Shown here one piece after another: positions 30,727-40,495 of a DNA stretch of 55,114 nucleotides. Positions within the stretch are counted from its first letter, which is position 1; each line of letters begins with the position of its first letter. Source of the DNA: an uncultured Flavobacteriaceae bacterium (GTDB lineage: Bacteria; Bacteroidota; Bacteroidia; Flavobacteriales; Flavobacteriaceae); contig CBDUAP010000001.1 of NCBI GenBank assembly GCA_965365165.1, positions 1-55,114 on the forward strand, in the 5' to 3' direction. The position numbers were made by a program, and so were the translations under genes. The notes under the pieces are model-generated. The model was not told the DNA's origin and ran no database searches. It worked only from the letters and a program-made list of their open reading frames with translations.

Positions 30727-31368
30727 ATGAAAAACAAACATTATTTTCTTTTATTGATGGGGGTATCCCTTTTGACGATATTTTCGGTATTTGCTTTTAC
30801 AGGTGTCGATACCGGTGTTTCAAAAATCATCATGAGTTATGGAATTGGCGATAAGGCTTCAGATTTCAAATTGAAGAATGTTGATGGCAAGCAGGTATCT
30901 TTGTCCGATTATTCAGAAGCCAAAGGGTTCATAGTCATTTTTACCTGCAATACGTGCCCTGTTTCAGTGGCCAATGAAGACAGGATCATAGCCCTTGATA
31001 AAAAATATAAGCCATTGGGGTTTCCCGTAGTGGCCATCAATCCGAATAACCCTGAGTCATCACCAGGCGACAGTTTCGAACTGATGCAGAAAAGGGCAAA
31101 GGAAAAGGACTTTACCTTTCCTTACCTCTTCGATGACAAGTTAAGTGTTTATCCGGAATACGGCGCCTCGAAAACCCCCCATGTGTATGTACTGAACAAA
31201 GAAAATGAGAATCTCATAGTGCGGTATATTGGCTCCATTGATGACAGTGCCAGAAACCCTGATGCGGTGAAGACCAAATATGTGGAAAATGCAGTTGATG
31301 CCTTGATTCAGGGGCAACAAATAGAAGTGGCCAGTACCAGGGCCATTGGTTGTTCAATAAAGAAATAA
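30727..31368 (+). CDS. Thioredoxin/AhpC-TSA family protein
   Basis: FTCNTCP, FPYL.D, YGASKTPH, C-terminal GCSIK. Confidence 0.88.
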   Translation: MKNKHYFLLLMGVSLLTIFSVFAFTGVDTGVSKIIMSYGIGDKASDFKLKNVDGKQVSLSDYSEAKGFIVIFTCNTCPVSVANEDRIIALDKKYKPLGFPVVAINPNNPESSPGDSFELMQKRAKEKDFTFPYLFDDKLSVYPEYGASKTPHVYVLNKENENLIVRYIGSIDDSARNPDAVKTKYVENAVDALIQGQQIEVASTRAIGCSIKK

Positions 31369-31390
31369 GCAAGACCAAAAATGAACCAAT

Positions 31391-31423
31391 AAGCATTCAC
31401 AACATCATGTGAATGCTTTTTTT
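31391..31423. terminator. Terminator between the convergent thioredoxin gene and hutU
   Basis: AAGCATTCAC/GTGAATGCTT stem plus Ts. Confidence 0.8.
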
Positions 31424-33446
31424 ATAGTTCCAGATCGTTCAAGAGGTCTTGTTCAACCAGGTTTGGAAGTGTTATGTTTAAGTCAGGAGTTCTTTGCATT
31501 TCTCTTTTGATGGCAAACAAGGCTCCTTCATTTCTTGCCCAGCTTCTCCTGGCGATACCATTATTCACATCATAAAACAAAAGAGATTTCAATTGCCTGT
31601 CTGCCCGATCCGATCCGTCGAGAACCAAACCAAAACCACCGTTCGATACTTCGCCCCATCCAACACCACCACCGTTGTGAATGGAGACCCAGGTAGCCCC
31701 TCTGAAGCTGTCGCCGATAACGTTGTGAATTGACATGTCAGCCGTAAATTGACTGCCATCGTAAATATTACTCGTCTCCCGGAAAGGAGAATCTGTTCCG
31801 CTCACGTCATGATGATCTCTCCCCAGTACAATAGGGGCTGAAATTTCACCCTTTAGGATGGCCTGGTTAAAAGCAGCAGCAATTTTTGCACGCCCTTCTG
31901 CATCGGCATATAAAATGCGCGCCTGAGAACCGACAACAAGTTTGTTTTTCTTTGCATCCTTGATCCAAATGATATTGTCGTTCATTTGCAGTTGAATCTC
32001 CTTGGGTGCAGTTTTTTGGATTTTACTTAGAACCTGCATGGCAATAGCATCAGATTTGTCCAGGTCATCAGGATCACCGGAGGTACAAACCCATCTGAAG
32101 GGCCCGAATCCGTAGTCAAAACACATTGGTCCCAAGATGTCCTGAACATAGGTTGGATACTTGAAATTTTCATTTTTTTCGTCCATAACATCGGCGCCCG
32201 CCCTTGATGCCTCCAGTAAAAAGGCATTTCCGTAATCAAAGAAATACGTACCTCTTTCTGCGTGTTTATTGATCGCATTAGCTTGACGCCTTAAGGATTC
32301 CTGAACTTTTTGTTTGAATAGTTCCGGGTCATTGCTGATCATTGCATTGGATTCCTCAAAACTTAGTCCAGCCGGATAATAACCTCCTGACCAGGGATTA
32401 TGCAAGGAAGTCTGATCAGACCCCACATGCACAAAAATAGCTTCTTTATAAAATGTTTCCCAGACGTCTACAATATTTCCGTGAAAGGCTATCGAGAGGA
32501 CTTCTTTCTCAAGTTGGGCTTTTTTAACCCTTTGTACAAGGGTGTTCATGTCATGGATCAAAATATTAGCCCAGCCCTGTTGATGCCTTTTCTGAGCGGC
32601 TTTTTCGTTTACTTCCGCGCAAACCGTAATGCATCCTGTTATATCTCCCGCTTTGGGCTGCGCACCGCTCATGCCCCCTAGCCCTGAGGTTAAAAACACT
32701 TTTCCTTTGGTTGTTTCCTCCTTGTTTAAAATTTTCCGAAAGGCGTTCATTAGCGTGATGGTGGTCCCGTGAACAATACCCTGAGGCCCTATATACATAT
32801 AAGACCCGGCAGTCATCTGGCCGTACTGTGTAACGCCCAAGGCATTGAATTTTTCAAGGTCATCAGGTTTTGAATAATTGGGAATCATCATCCCGTTGGT
32901 GACAACTACCCGTGGAGCCTCTTTATTTGAAGGGAACAAACCCATCGGATGGCCCGAGTACATATGCAGGGTTTGCTCGTCGGTCATCATGGCGAGGTAT
33001 TTCATGGTCAGCAGGTATTGGGCCCAGTTTTGAAAAACGGCACCGTTTCCGCCATAGGTGATCAGTTCTTCAGGATGTTGGGCAACAGCAGGATCCAGAT
33101 TGTTCTGTATCATGAGCATGATTGCGGCCGCTTTTTTGCTTTTGGCAGGATAGGTATCGATGGGCCTGGCGTACATATCATAATTTGGTTTGAACCGATA
33201 CATGTAAATCCTGCCATAGGCTTTAAGCTCTTCAAGAAACTCATGGGAGAGGGTTTCATGCCAGGCAGCAGGAAAATAACGCAGCGCATTTCTGATGGCA
33301 AGTTTTTTTTCTTCCCCGGATAGGATATCCTTGCGTTTAGGTGCCCTGTTGGCTCCTGCAGGATAAGCTTTTTTTGCCGGGAGTTCGGCCGGTATGCCCT
33401 GTAAGATTTCCCGATGAAATGTTGTATTGCTTTTTGTTGTTATCAT
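31422..33446 (-). CDS. hutU: Urocanate hydratase (long form)
   Basis: NNLDPAVAQHPEELITYGG, GQMTAGS, GLGGMSGAQP, DQTSLHN, GRDHHD, HNGGGVG. Confidence 0.97.
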   Translation of the reverse strand: MITTKSNTTFHREILQGIPAELPAKKAYPAGANRAPKRKDILSGEEKKLAIRNALRYFPAAWHETLSHEFLEELKAYGRIYMYRFKPNYDMYARPIDTYPAKSKKAAAIMLMIQNNLDPAVAQHPEELITYGGNGAVFQNWAQYLLTMKYLAMMTDEQTLHMYSGHPMGLFPSNKEAPRVVVTNGMMIPNYSKPDDLEKFNALGVTQYGQMTAGSYMYIGPQGIVHGTTITLMNAFRKILNKEETTKGKVFLTSGLGGMSGAQPKAGDITGCITVCAEVNEKAAQKRHQQGWANILIHDMNTLVQRVKKAQLEKEVLSIAFHGNIVDVWETFYKEAIFVHVGSDQTSLHNPWSGGYYPAGLSFEESNAMISNDPELFKQKVQESLRRQANAINKHAERGTYFFDYGNAFLLEASRAGADVMDEKNENFKYPTYVQDILGPMCFDYGFGPFRWVCTSGDPDDLDKSDAIAMQVLSKIQKTAPKEIQLQMNDNIIWIKDAKKNKLVVGSQARILYADAEGRAKIAAAFNQAILKGEISAPIVLGRDHHDVSGTDSPFRETSNIYDGSQFTADMSIHNVIGDSFRGATWVSIHNGGGVGWGEVSNGGFGLVLDGSDRADRQLKSLLFYDVNNGIARRSWARNEGALFAIKREMQRTPDLNITLPNLVEQDLLNDLEL

Positions 33447-33458
33447 GTCAAGAGGGAT

Positions 33459-35006
33459 TTAATAAGATTCAAATAATTCATCGTGCTCACTGTAGCTTTC
33501 AAAATGGAACGCGGTGGTCGACAATAATTCTCTGTCCCGGATCAATTTTACGGCCTTTTTAATATCCGTTGAAAAAATCCGGTCTTCTGTTGCAAAATCG
33601 ACCTTTTCACGGATCAAAATGTGCACATCATCAAGCACTTCACTTGATTTCAGCGGTTTTCTAAAGTCAAATGCCTGTGCGGCACATAACATTTCAATGG
33701 CCAGGATCTTTTCAAGGTTATCAATGACACGAAGTGCTTTTCTGCCACCTATGGAGCCCATGCTCACATGATCTTCCTGGCCCAGGGAGGTTGGAATACT
33801 GTCTGCGCTGGCAGGGAAGCATAAACCCTTGTTTTCACTGACCAGGGCGGCAGAAGTATATTGCAGGATCATAAACCCAGAATTCAAACCTGTTTCCTCC
33901 ATGAGCAACCTGGGCGTGCCTTCATATTTTCCCTCCAGGGAAAGATAGGTCCGGCGATCTGAAATACTTCCTATTTCGGCTGCGGCCAAACAGGCGTAAT
34001 CTAAGGGCAACGCAAGGGTTTGTCCGTGAAAACTTCCTCCGCTGATGATGAGTTCCTCAGAAATGATCACAGGATTGTCAGTGACTGAATTGAGTTCTAT
34101 CTCCACACTTTCTTTCAAATGCAACCAGGCGTTTCTTGAACTTCCGTGAACCTGGGGCATGCACCTGAGAGAATAGGGATCCTGTACCTTTCCGCAAAAG
34201 AGGTGTGATTTACCGATTTGGGAATCCTGAAGAAACTGATTGATTCTTTTCGCCACATGAATATTTCCTTTAAACGGCCTTGTTGCGTGAAGTAACTCGT
34301 GAAAGGGCATTTGTGAGCCCATCAGTCCTTCGATCATCAAACTTCCTATCAGATCGGCATGAGAAAGGCAATTGTACAATTTATCAACAACCATCACGGC
34401 ATGCGCCAAAATAAATTGTGTTCCGTTAATTAATGCAAGCCCTGCTTTGGGGTGCAATTTTAAAGGTATCATGCCCTCTTTCTCCAGAACTGCTTTTGTT
34501 TTTTCGATATTGTTTTTATAAAGGACCTTTCCTTCTCCGATAAGCGGCAGAAATAAGTGAGACAAGGGAGCCAGGTCTCCAGAAGCGCCAACTGAACCTT
34601 GTTCAGGAACCAAAGGAATGATGTCATTTTCGATATGCCATTGAATCCTTTCAAGCACCTCCATAGAAATCCCTGAATAGCCCTGTGCCAGGGAATGCAT
34701 TTTTAAGATCATCATGAGTTTGGCCAGGTCTTTGTCAATGGGAGCACCGACCCCTACCGAATGGCTCAATAGGATTTTCCTCTGTAGCTCACTTGTATCT
34801 TTTTTAGAGATGATTGTATCACACAAGGGTCCAAAACCGGTATTGATACCATAGACTGCCTTGTCTTTCAGGGCGGTCTTCAAAACGATCTCATGAGATT
34901 TCCTAATGTTCTCTTCAGCTTCACTTGATAAAGTGCCTTTTAAGTCTCCATTGAGTATTGAAATTGCCTGTCCTGCAGTAAGATGGTCCAATCCGTATCT
35001 GAACAT
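33459..35006 (-). CDS. hutH: Histidine ammonia-lyase
   Basis: YGINTGFG, GSVGASGDLAPL (ASG MIO triad), QDPYSLRC, QEDHVSMG. Confidence 0.97.
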   Translation of the reverse strand: MFRYGLDHLTAGQAISILNGDLKGTLSSEAEENIRKSHEIVLKTALKDKAVYGINTGFGPLCDTIISKKDTSELQRKILLSHSVGVGAPIDKDLAKLMMILKMHSLAQGYSGISMEVLERIQWHIENDIIPLVPEQGSVGASGDLAPLSHLFLPLIGEGKVLYKNNIEKTKAVLEKEGMIPLKLHPKAGLALINGTQFILAHAVMVVDKLYNCLSHADLIGSLMIEGLMGSQMPFHELLHATRPFKGNIHVAKRINQFLQDSQIGKSHLFCGKVQDPYSLRCMPQVHGSSRNAWLHLKESVEIELNSVTDNPVIISEELIISGGSFHGQTLALPLDYACLAAAEIGSISDRRTYLSLEGKYEGTPRLLMEETGLNSGFMILQYTSAALVSENKGLCFPASADSIPTSLGQEDHVSMGSIGGRKALRVIDNLEKILAIEMLCAAQAFDFRKPLKSSEVLDDVHILIREKVDFATEDRIFSTDIKKAVKLIRDRELLSTTAFHFESYSEHDELFESY

Positions 35007-35075
35007 AATAATAAATTTGCTTCTATCAAATTTACGATTATATTTGATGCTTTATAATACCATTATAATTAATTA

Positions 35076-35096
35076 TTGATAACTATGAGTAATCAA
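35076..35096. promoter_or_regulatory. LysR-type T-N11-A dyad
   Basis: TTGAT-AACTATGAGTA-ATCAA overlaps the LysR start codon; divergent -7 boxes at 35027-35034 (-) and 35039-35046 (+). Confidence 0.6.
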
Positions 35097-35978
35097 ATTG
35101 AATTGCGTCACCTCAGGTATTTTCTTGCCGTTGCTGAAGAATTGCATTTCAGGAAGGCTGCCGACCGCCTTTTCATTTCGCAACCGGGCCTGAGCCGACA
35201 GATCAAACAGATGGAGCAGGAACTCGGCCTGGACCTTTTTGAAAGATCAAACAAAAAGGTTTATTTGACCAAGGCCGGAAAGTACCTTCAACACGAGGCC
35301 GAACTGATCATGAAGAATATTGACCATACCTTTAGCCATGCCCAACTTATAGACCAGGGCAAAGAAGGCGAGATCAGTTTCGGTTACGTGGGATCTGCCA
35401 TGCAAAATGTGATTCCTGAGTTCATTTTGAGGATAAAAGATGACTATCCCAACATCCATTACAATTTGAAGGAAATGGAAAACCCTGATCAGATAGACGC
35501 CTTGTTCATGAAAGAGATCGACCTTGCATTCGTGAGACTGGACAAGGTCCCTAAAGGCTTGAATATACATCCTGTTTTTGAAGATACTTTTTCACTGGTG
35601 CTTCCAAAATCACATGCTTTGAGCCAGCAGAATTTCAAGGGCCTTTCCGCCTTGAAAGAGGAGCCATTTATCCTTTTTGATCAGTCGTACAGTCCGGCTT
35701 ATTACGAACAGGTGATGCAAATATTTGAACAAAGTGGATTTCATCCTTTGATTTCTCATAATACGGTTCATGCCAGTACCATTTTCAGATTGGTTGAAAA
35801 TAATCTTGGGATATCCATCGTTCCGAGTTCCTTGCTCCTGGGCTATGACATGGACATCAAAAGCATCGAACTGGGAGAGATCCCCCAGCGCACAGTGTTA
35901 TCTGTTGCCTGGAGTTCTTCAAACAGAAATCCAATTCTGAATAAGATTCTCTCATTTGTTCTCAACAAAAGAAGCTAA
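35085..35978 (+). CDS. LysR-family regulator divergent from hutH
   Basis: ELRHLRYFLAVAEELHFRKAA...SQPGLSRQIK HTH. Confidence 0.94.
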   Translation: MSNQIELRHLRYFLAVAEELHFRKAADRLFISQPGLSRQIKQMEQELGLDLFERSNKKVYLTKAGKYLQHEAELIMKNIDHTFSHAQLIDQGKEGEISFGYVGSAMQNVIPEFILRIKDDYPNIHYNLKEMENPDQIDALFMKEIDLAFVRLDKVPKGLNIHPVFEDTFSLVLPKSHALSQQNFKGLSALKEEPFILFDQSYSPAYYEQVMQIFEQSGFHPLISHNTVHASTIFRLVENNLGISIVPSSLLLGYDMDIKSIELGEIPQRTVLSVAWSSSNRNPILNKILSFVLNKRS

Positions 35979-36070
35979 GGCATCATGATTTTTCCCCTTA
36001 AAGGATAACCGATTTTGATACCACGCAAAAGGTTTTTTTAACGTATTTTTGATCAAAATAATTGATATCC

Positions 36071-36979
36071 ATGGAAAATAACAAACCAACCCTGGTCATT
36101 TTGGCTGCGGGTATTGGCAGCCGGTATGGAGGCCTGAAACAGCTTGATACTTTTACTCCCGAAGGCGATACGATCATTGACTTCTCAATTTATGATGCCC
36201 TCAGGGCAGGATTCGGAAAATTTGTTTTTATCATTCGAAAGAGTATTGAAAAGGAATTCAGGGCCGAGATTGACCGTAAACTGGAAGGAAAGGCAGCAGT
36301 GTCTTATGTGTTTCAGGAAATTGACAAGGTACCTGAAAAGTTTAAAAATCCTGACAGGGCAAAACCCTGGGGAACTGGTCATGCCATGCTGATGGCCAAG
36401 GATGCTGTAAAAGAGAATTTTGCCATTATCAATGCAGATGATTTCTATGGTCGGGAGGCCTTTGACACGATGGCTGCCTACTTAAGGTCAGTTGATAAGA
36501 ATTCCTTTGATTTCAGTATGATGGCCTATTTGCTGAAAAACACGGTTTCGGAACATGGTTTTGTATCAAGAGGAGAATGTACTGTTGATGAAGACGGGTT
36601 TTTGAAGGAGGTTGTGGAAAGAACGCATATCGAAAGCATTGACGGAAGGTTAATGCGAAAAGATGAAGCAGGTAATTTGCTTCCAATAGACGAGAATACG
36701 GTTGTATCAATGAATTTTTGGGGATTCACCCCCAGATGTTTTGATTATGCAGAAACATTATTTGAGACTTTTCTGGAAGAGAATAAAGATAATTTGAAGG
36801 CGGAATACTTTATTCCGCTTATTGTAAACGGATATCTGAAAAACAGGACCGCAACCGTTAAGGTACTTACCTCCGGGGCCAGATGGTTCGGTGTAACTTA
36901 TAAAGAAGACAAAGCCTTTGTACAAAAAGAAATACAGGCCCTGAAAAAGAAAGGCGTATATCCGACTCACTTGTGGTAA
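36071..36979 (+). CDS. Sugar-phosphate nucleotidyltransferase
   Basis: LAAGIGSRYGGLKQ, KPWGTGHA, NADDFYG, WFGVTY; TATTTTTG box at 36044-36051. Confidence 0.88.
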   Translation: MENNKPTLVILAAGIGSRYGGLKQLDTFTPEGDTIIDFSIYDALRAGFGKFVFIIRKSIEKEFRAEIDRKLEGKAAVSYVFQEIDKVPEKFKNPDRAKPWGTGHAMLMAKDAVKENFAIINADDFYGREAFDTMAAYLRSVDKNSFDFSMMAYLLKNTVSEHGFVSRGECTVDEDGFLKEVVERTHIESIDGRLMRKDEAGNLLPIDENTVVSMNFWGFTPRCFDYAETLFETFLEENKDNLKAEYFIPLIVNGYLKNRTATVKVLTSGARWFGVTYKEDKAFVQKEIQALKKKGVYPTHLW

Positions 36980-36980
36980 A

Positions 36981-38042
36981 ATGTTAGAAATAAGAAAAGA
37001 GGTATTGGCAGCATTTCTTCCTGACAGAAAAATAATGGCTGTTAAAGAACTTACCTCAGGACATATTAACGACACTTTTCTGGTCAAATCAAATGACGGG
37101 TTCCAATCTGTGGTTCAAAAAATCAATAAGGGTGTTTTTAAGGATGTCCCGGGCTTGGTCAGGAACAAGGTTCTCGTAAGTCAGTACCTTCATTTGCAAA
37201 TGCCTGAATTGTCGAAGCAAGAGAGGCAAAGAAGGATTTTGACATTTCTGCCAACGGTTTCAGGGGCCTACCATTTTGAAGATGATCGGGGCGATTTTTG
37301 GAATGCCATGATCTATATTGATCAAAGTCAAACTTTTGACATTGTCCGTGACAAAACCATCGCCTATGAAGGCGGAAAGCTGTTTGGGGAGTTTTTAAAC
37401 CTGACAGAAGGTTTTGATACCTCAACATTGATTGAATCTATTCCCCATTTTCACGATATGTCTTTCCGGTTTTCACAGTTTGAGCACGCGCTGAAAAAAG
37501 CTTCTGCAGACAGACTTGAAAACTCAGACTCAGTGATCAAGAAAGTTTGGCTGCTGAAAGAAGAGATGCATATTTTACAGCACCTGAAGGAACAAGGCAA
37601 GATCAGGCTCAGGGTGACGCACAACGACACCAAAATTTCAAATGCGCTTTTTGATTTACAGGGCAGGGGCCTTTGTGTCATTGACACCGATACCATTATG
37701 CCGGGGATTGTCCACTATGATTTTGGAGATGCCATCAGGACAATTTGTAATTCAGCTGCGGAGGACGAAAGGGATCTCGAACGGGTATATTTCAAAAAAG
37801 ACCTGTATGAGGCCTATGCCCGCGGCTTCCTTGAAAAGGTGGGTGGCTCAATTACAGATTTGGAAAGGAAATACCTTCCCCTTGGGGCCAAGACCATGAC
37901 CTTTATTATGGCCTTACGCTTTTTAACGGATTATTTGAATGGAAACATTTATTATAAAACCAAATACCCTGAACATAATTTAGACAGATCTAAGAATCAA
38001 TTAAAGCTGATTCAAAGTTTTTCCGAAAAAATTAGCGTTTAA
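36981..38042 (+). CDS. APH-fold anomeric sugar kinase (N-acetylhexosamine 1-kinase-like)
   Basis: GHINDTF, QKIN, HNDTKISN, IDTDTIMPG, DFGDAIRT, RFLTDYL. Confidence 0.8.
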   Translation: MLEIRKEVLAAFLPDRKIMAVKELTSGHINDTFLVKSNDGFQSVVQKINKGVFKDVPGLVRNKVLVSQYLHLQMPELSKQERQRRILTFLPTVSGAYHFEDDRGDFWNAMIYIDQSQTFDIVRDKTIAYEGGKLFGEFLNLTEGFDTSTLIESIPHFHDMSFRFSQFEHALKKASADRLENSDSVIKKVWLLKEEMHILQHLKEQGKIRLRVTHNDTKISNALFDLQGRGLCVIDTDTIMPGIVHYDFGDAIRTICNSAAEDERDLERVYFKKDLYEAYARGFLEKVGGSITDLERKYLPLGAKTMTFIMALRFLTDYLNGNIYYKTKYPEHNLDRSKNQLKLIQSFSEKISV

Positions 38043-38189
38043 TAGCAGGTGGATTTTTAAAAGAATAGTTGGAGAATACTGGTTTAAAATTTGTTTTGAG
38101 TACAGGAGAAATAACATTCAAACTGAAATAACCTTGTACAAATCATCATTTCAAAATGCAGATTTTAGAGAAGTCAAAAAAAAACAAAG

Positions 38190-40481
38190 ATGAAAATAGC
38201 GGGATTTAAAAGAAAAATGACATTATCAGCAGGTATTCTCCTCTTGGGGTTACTGATAGGTTGCACTAGTGGCGAAACAAAACTTGAGGAGGAAATAGAT
38301 GTCTTGACCTATGTTGATCCTTTTATTGGAACGGGTTTTCATGGCCATACTTTTCCGGGCCCTGTATTGCCCAATGGAATGATTCAGTTGAGCCCTGACA
38401 CAAGGCTAAACGGGTGGGATGCGTCAAGCGGTTATCATTACAGCGATGAAACTATTTATGGTTTTAGCCATACGCATTTAAGCGGAACCGGGATAGGTGA
38501 TCTTGGAGATATTCTCCTTCTTCCTTTTACAGGGGAGCCAAAAGAAAAACCTGTAGCAAAATTTTTAAAAGTCAATGAGAAGGCAGAAGTAGGTTATTAT
38601 GCCGTAAAATTTGACAACTATGCGGTGGAAGCAAAATTAACAGCTACCACACGTGTAGGAATGCACCAATACCACTATGACTCAAAGGAGACTAAAAAAC
38701 TATTATTGGATGTGGGTCATATTTTGCAAAGAACCTGGGGTCATGACAATACGTATAATGAATTGGAAATAATCGATGACCAAACCATCAGAGGAATCAA
38801 GCAATCCAGTGGCTGGGCATATGATCACAAGGTCTACTTTTATATTAAATTTTCGAGCCCGTTTGTTCTTGAATCGGTCTTTACAGATGATAAAGAATCG
38901 GATAATTCTGCAATCTATAAAGGGAAAGACATATATGCATATTTCAGTTTCGATGCGTTATCTGAACAGGAGGCCCTGCAAATAAAGGTGAGTGTGTCAT
39001 CGGTTGATCCGGAGGGTGCTGTTAAAAACATGAAACAAGAATTACCTGGCTGGGATTTCGAAGAAGTAAAAGAAAAAGCCAAGGATAGCTGGCGAATGGC
39101 ATTGAAAAAAATTGATATCGAAACCCGTGACAAGGAAAAACAAACAATATTCTATACGGCTCTTTATCACAGCATGATCGCACCCATGATCTTTCAGGAC
39201 GTTGATGGTCGGTATAGGGGAATGGACCAGGAAATTCATAGCACATCAGAGGGAGAAACCAATTATACGGTTTATTCTTTATGGGATACCTTCAGGGCTT
39301 TGCACCCTTTAATGACGATTATTGATGAAAAAAAATCTGCAGACTGGGTTAATAATCTTCTTCAAAAGTATAAGGAGGGTGGTTTGCTTCCAATGTGGCC
39401 ACTGGCAGCAAATTATACTGGAACCATGGTGGGTTATCCTGCCGTGGCCAATATTGCCGATGCCCTGAACAAAGAAATACCTGGAATTGACAAGAAACTT
39501 GCTCTTGAGGCTGCCATCAACAGCGCTTCTTATAAACCTTGGCTGGTAGAAAATTCTGATAACCTGAGGAAAAAATCACTGATGCCACTCTACAATAAAT
39601 ACGTTAATGAAAACCGCCATATTCCGGCTGACAAAATTATTAAATCTGTTTCTTTTGGTCTTGAAATGGCCTATTATGATTGGTGCATTGCAGAAATTGC
39701 AAAACTCAATGGAAACGATTCAATTGTTCGAGTTTTTGAGGAAAGAGCCCTGAATTATAAGCGGTATTTTGACGTTGAAACTGGCTTTATGAGGGGAAAG
39801 AATGAAGATGGTTCCTGGGTTACTCCTTTTAATGCAAAATATTCGAGTCATGACAGGTCTGATTATGTTGAAGGAAATGCCTGGCAATGGACCTGGTTCG
39901 TTCCACACGATATAGATGGTTTTAAAGATTTGTACGGGAGTGATTCCGCTTTTGTTCAAAAACTGGATACGCTGTTTAGCACTTCTTCCGAAATTCTTGG
40001 TGAAGATGCAAGTGGTGATATTACCGGGCTGATTGGTCAATACGCTCACGGAAATGAGCCGAGCCATCATATTACGTACCTGTATTCTTATGCCGGGGAG
40101 TCCTGGAAAACAGCGGAACTAATAGATCAGATTCTCAACGATTTTTACGCTGCAGATCCTGAAGGGATCATTGGCAATGAAGATTGCGGACAAATGTCTG
40201 CCTGGTATATTATGAATGCCATGGGGTTTTATCAAATGACTCCTGGCAGACCTGTGTATACGATTGGGCGGCCATTGTTTGATAAGGTCGACATCAATCT
40301 TGAAACAGGAAAAGTGTTCACCATCATTGCTGAAAATAACAGTGAGGCCAATAAATATGTTCAAGAGGTCTGGCTAAATGGAATAAGGCATGAGCGTTTG
40401 TTTTTCACTCATTTTGATATTAAAAATGGAGGAACATTGAAAATCATTATGGGAGATGAAGCCAATAAAAAATGGAATTAG
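38190..40481 (+). CDS. GH92 alpha-mannosidase, lipoprotein
   Basis: YVDPFIGT, GFSHTHLSGTG, SLWDTFR, YVEGNAWQ, HGNEPSHH, GNEDCGQMSAW; lipobox LIGC; alternative start 38217. Confidence 0.93.
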   Translation: MKIAGFKRKMTLSAGILLLGLLIGCTSGETKLEEEIDVLTYVDPFIGTGFHGHTFPGPVLPNGMIQLSPDTRLNGWDASSGYHYSDETIYGFSHTHLSGTGIGDLGDILLLPFTGEPKEKPVAKFLKVNEKAEVGYYAVKFDNYAVEAKLTATTRVGMHQYHYDSKETKKLLLDVGHILQRTWGHDNTYNELEIIDDQTIRGIKQSSGWAYDHKVYFYIKFSSPFVLESVFTDDKESDNSAIYKGKDIYAYFSFDALSEQEALQIKVSVSSVDPEGAVKNMKQELPGWDFEEVKEKAKDSWRMALKKIDIETRDKEKQTIFYTALYHSMIAPMIFQDVDGRYRGMDQEIHSTSEGETNYTVYSLWDTFRALHPLMTIIDEKKSADWVNNLLQKYKEGGLLPMWPLAANYTGTMVGYPAVANIADALNKEIPGIDKKLALEAAINSASYKPWLVENSDNLRKKSLMPLYNKYVNENRHIPADKIIKSVSFGLEMAYYDWCIAEIAKLNGNDSIVRVFEERALNYKRYFDVETGFMRGKNEDGSWVTPFNAKYSSHDRSDYVEGNAWQWTWFVPHDIDGFKDLYGSDSAFVQKLDTLFSTSSEILGEDASGDITGLIGQYAHGNEPSHHITYLYSYAGESWKTAELIDQILNDFYAADPEGIIGNEDCGQMSAWYIMNAMGFYQMTPGRPVYTIGRPLFDKVDINLETGKVFTIIAENNSEANKYVQEVWLNGIRHERLFFTHFDIKNGGTLKIIMGDEANKKWN

Positions 40482-40495
40482 ATAATTTTTATACA

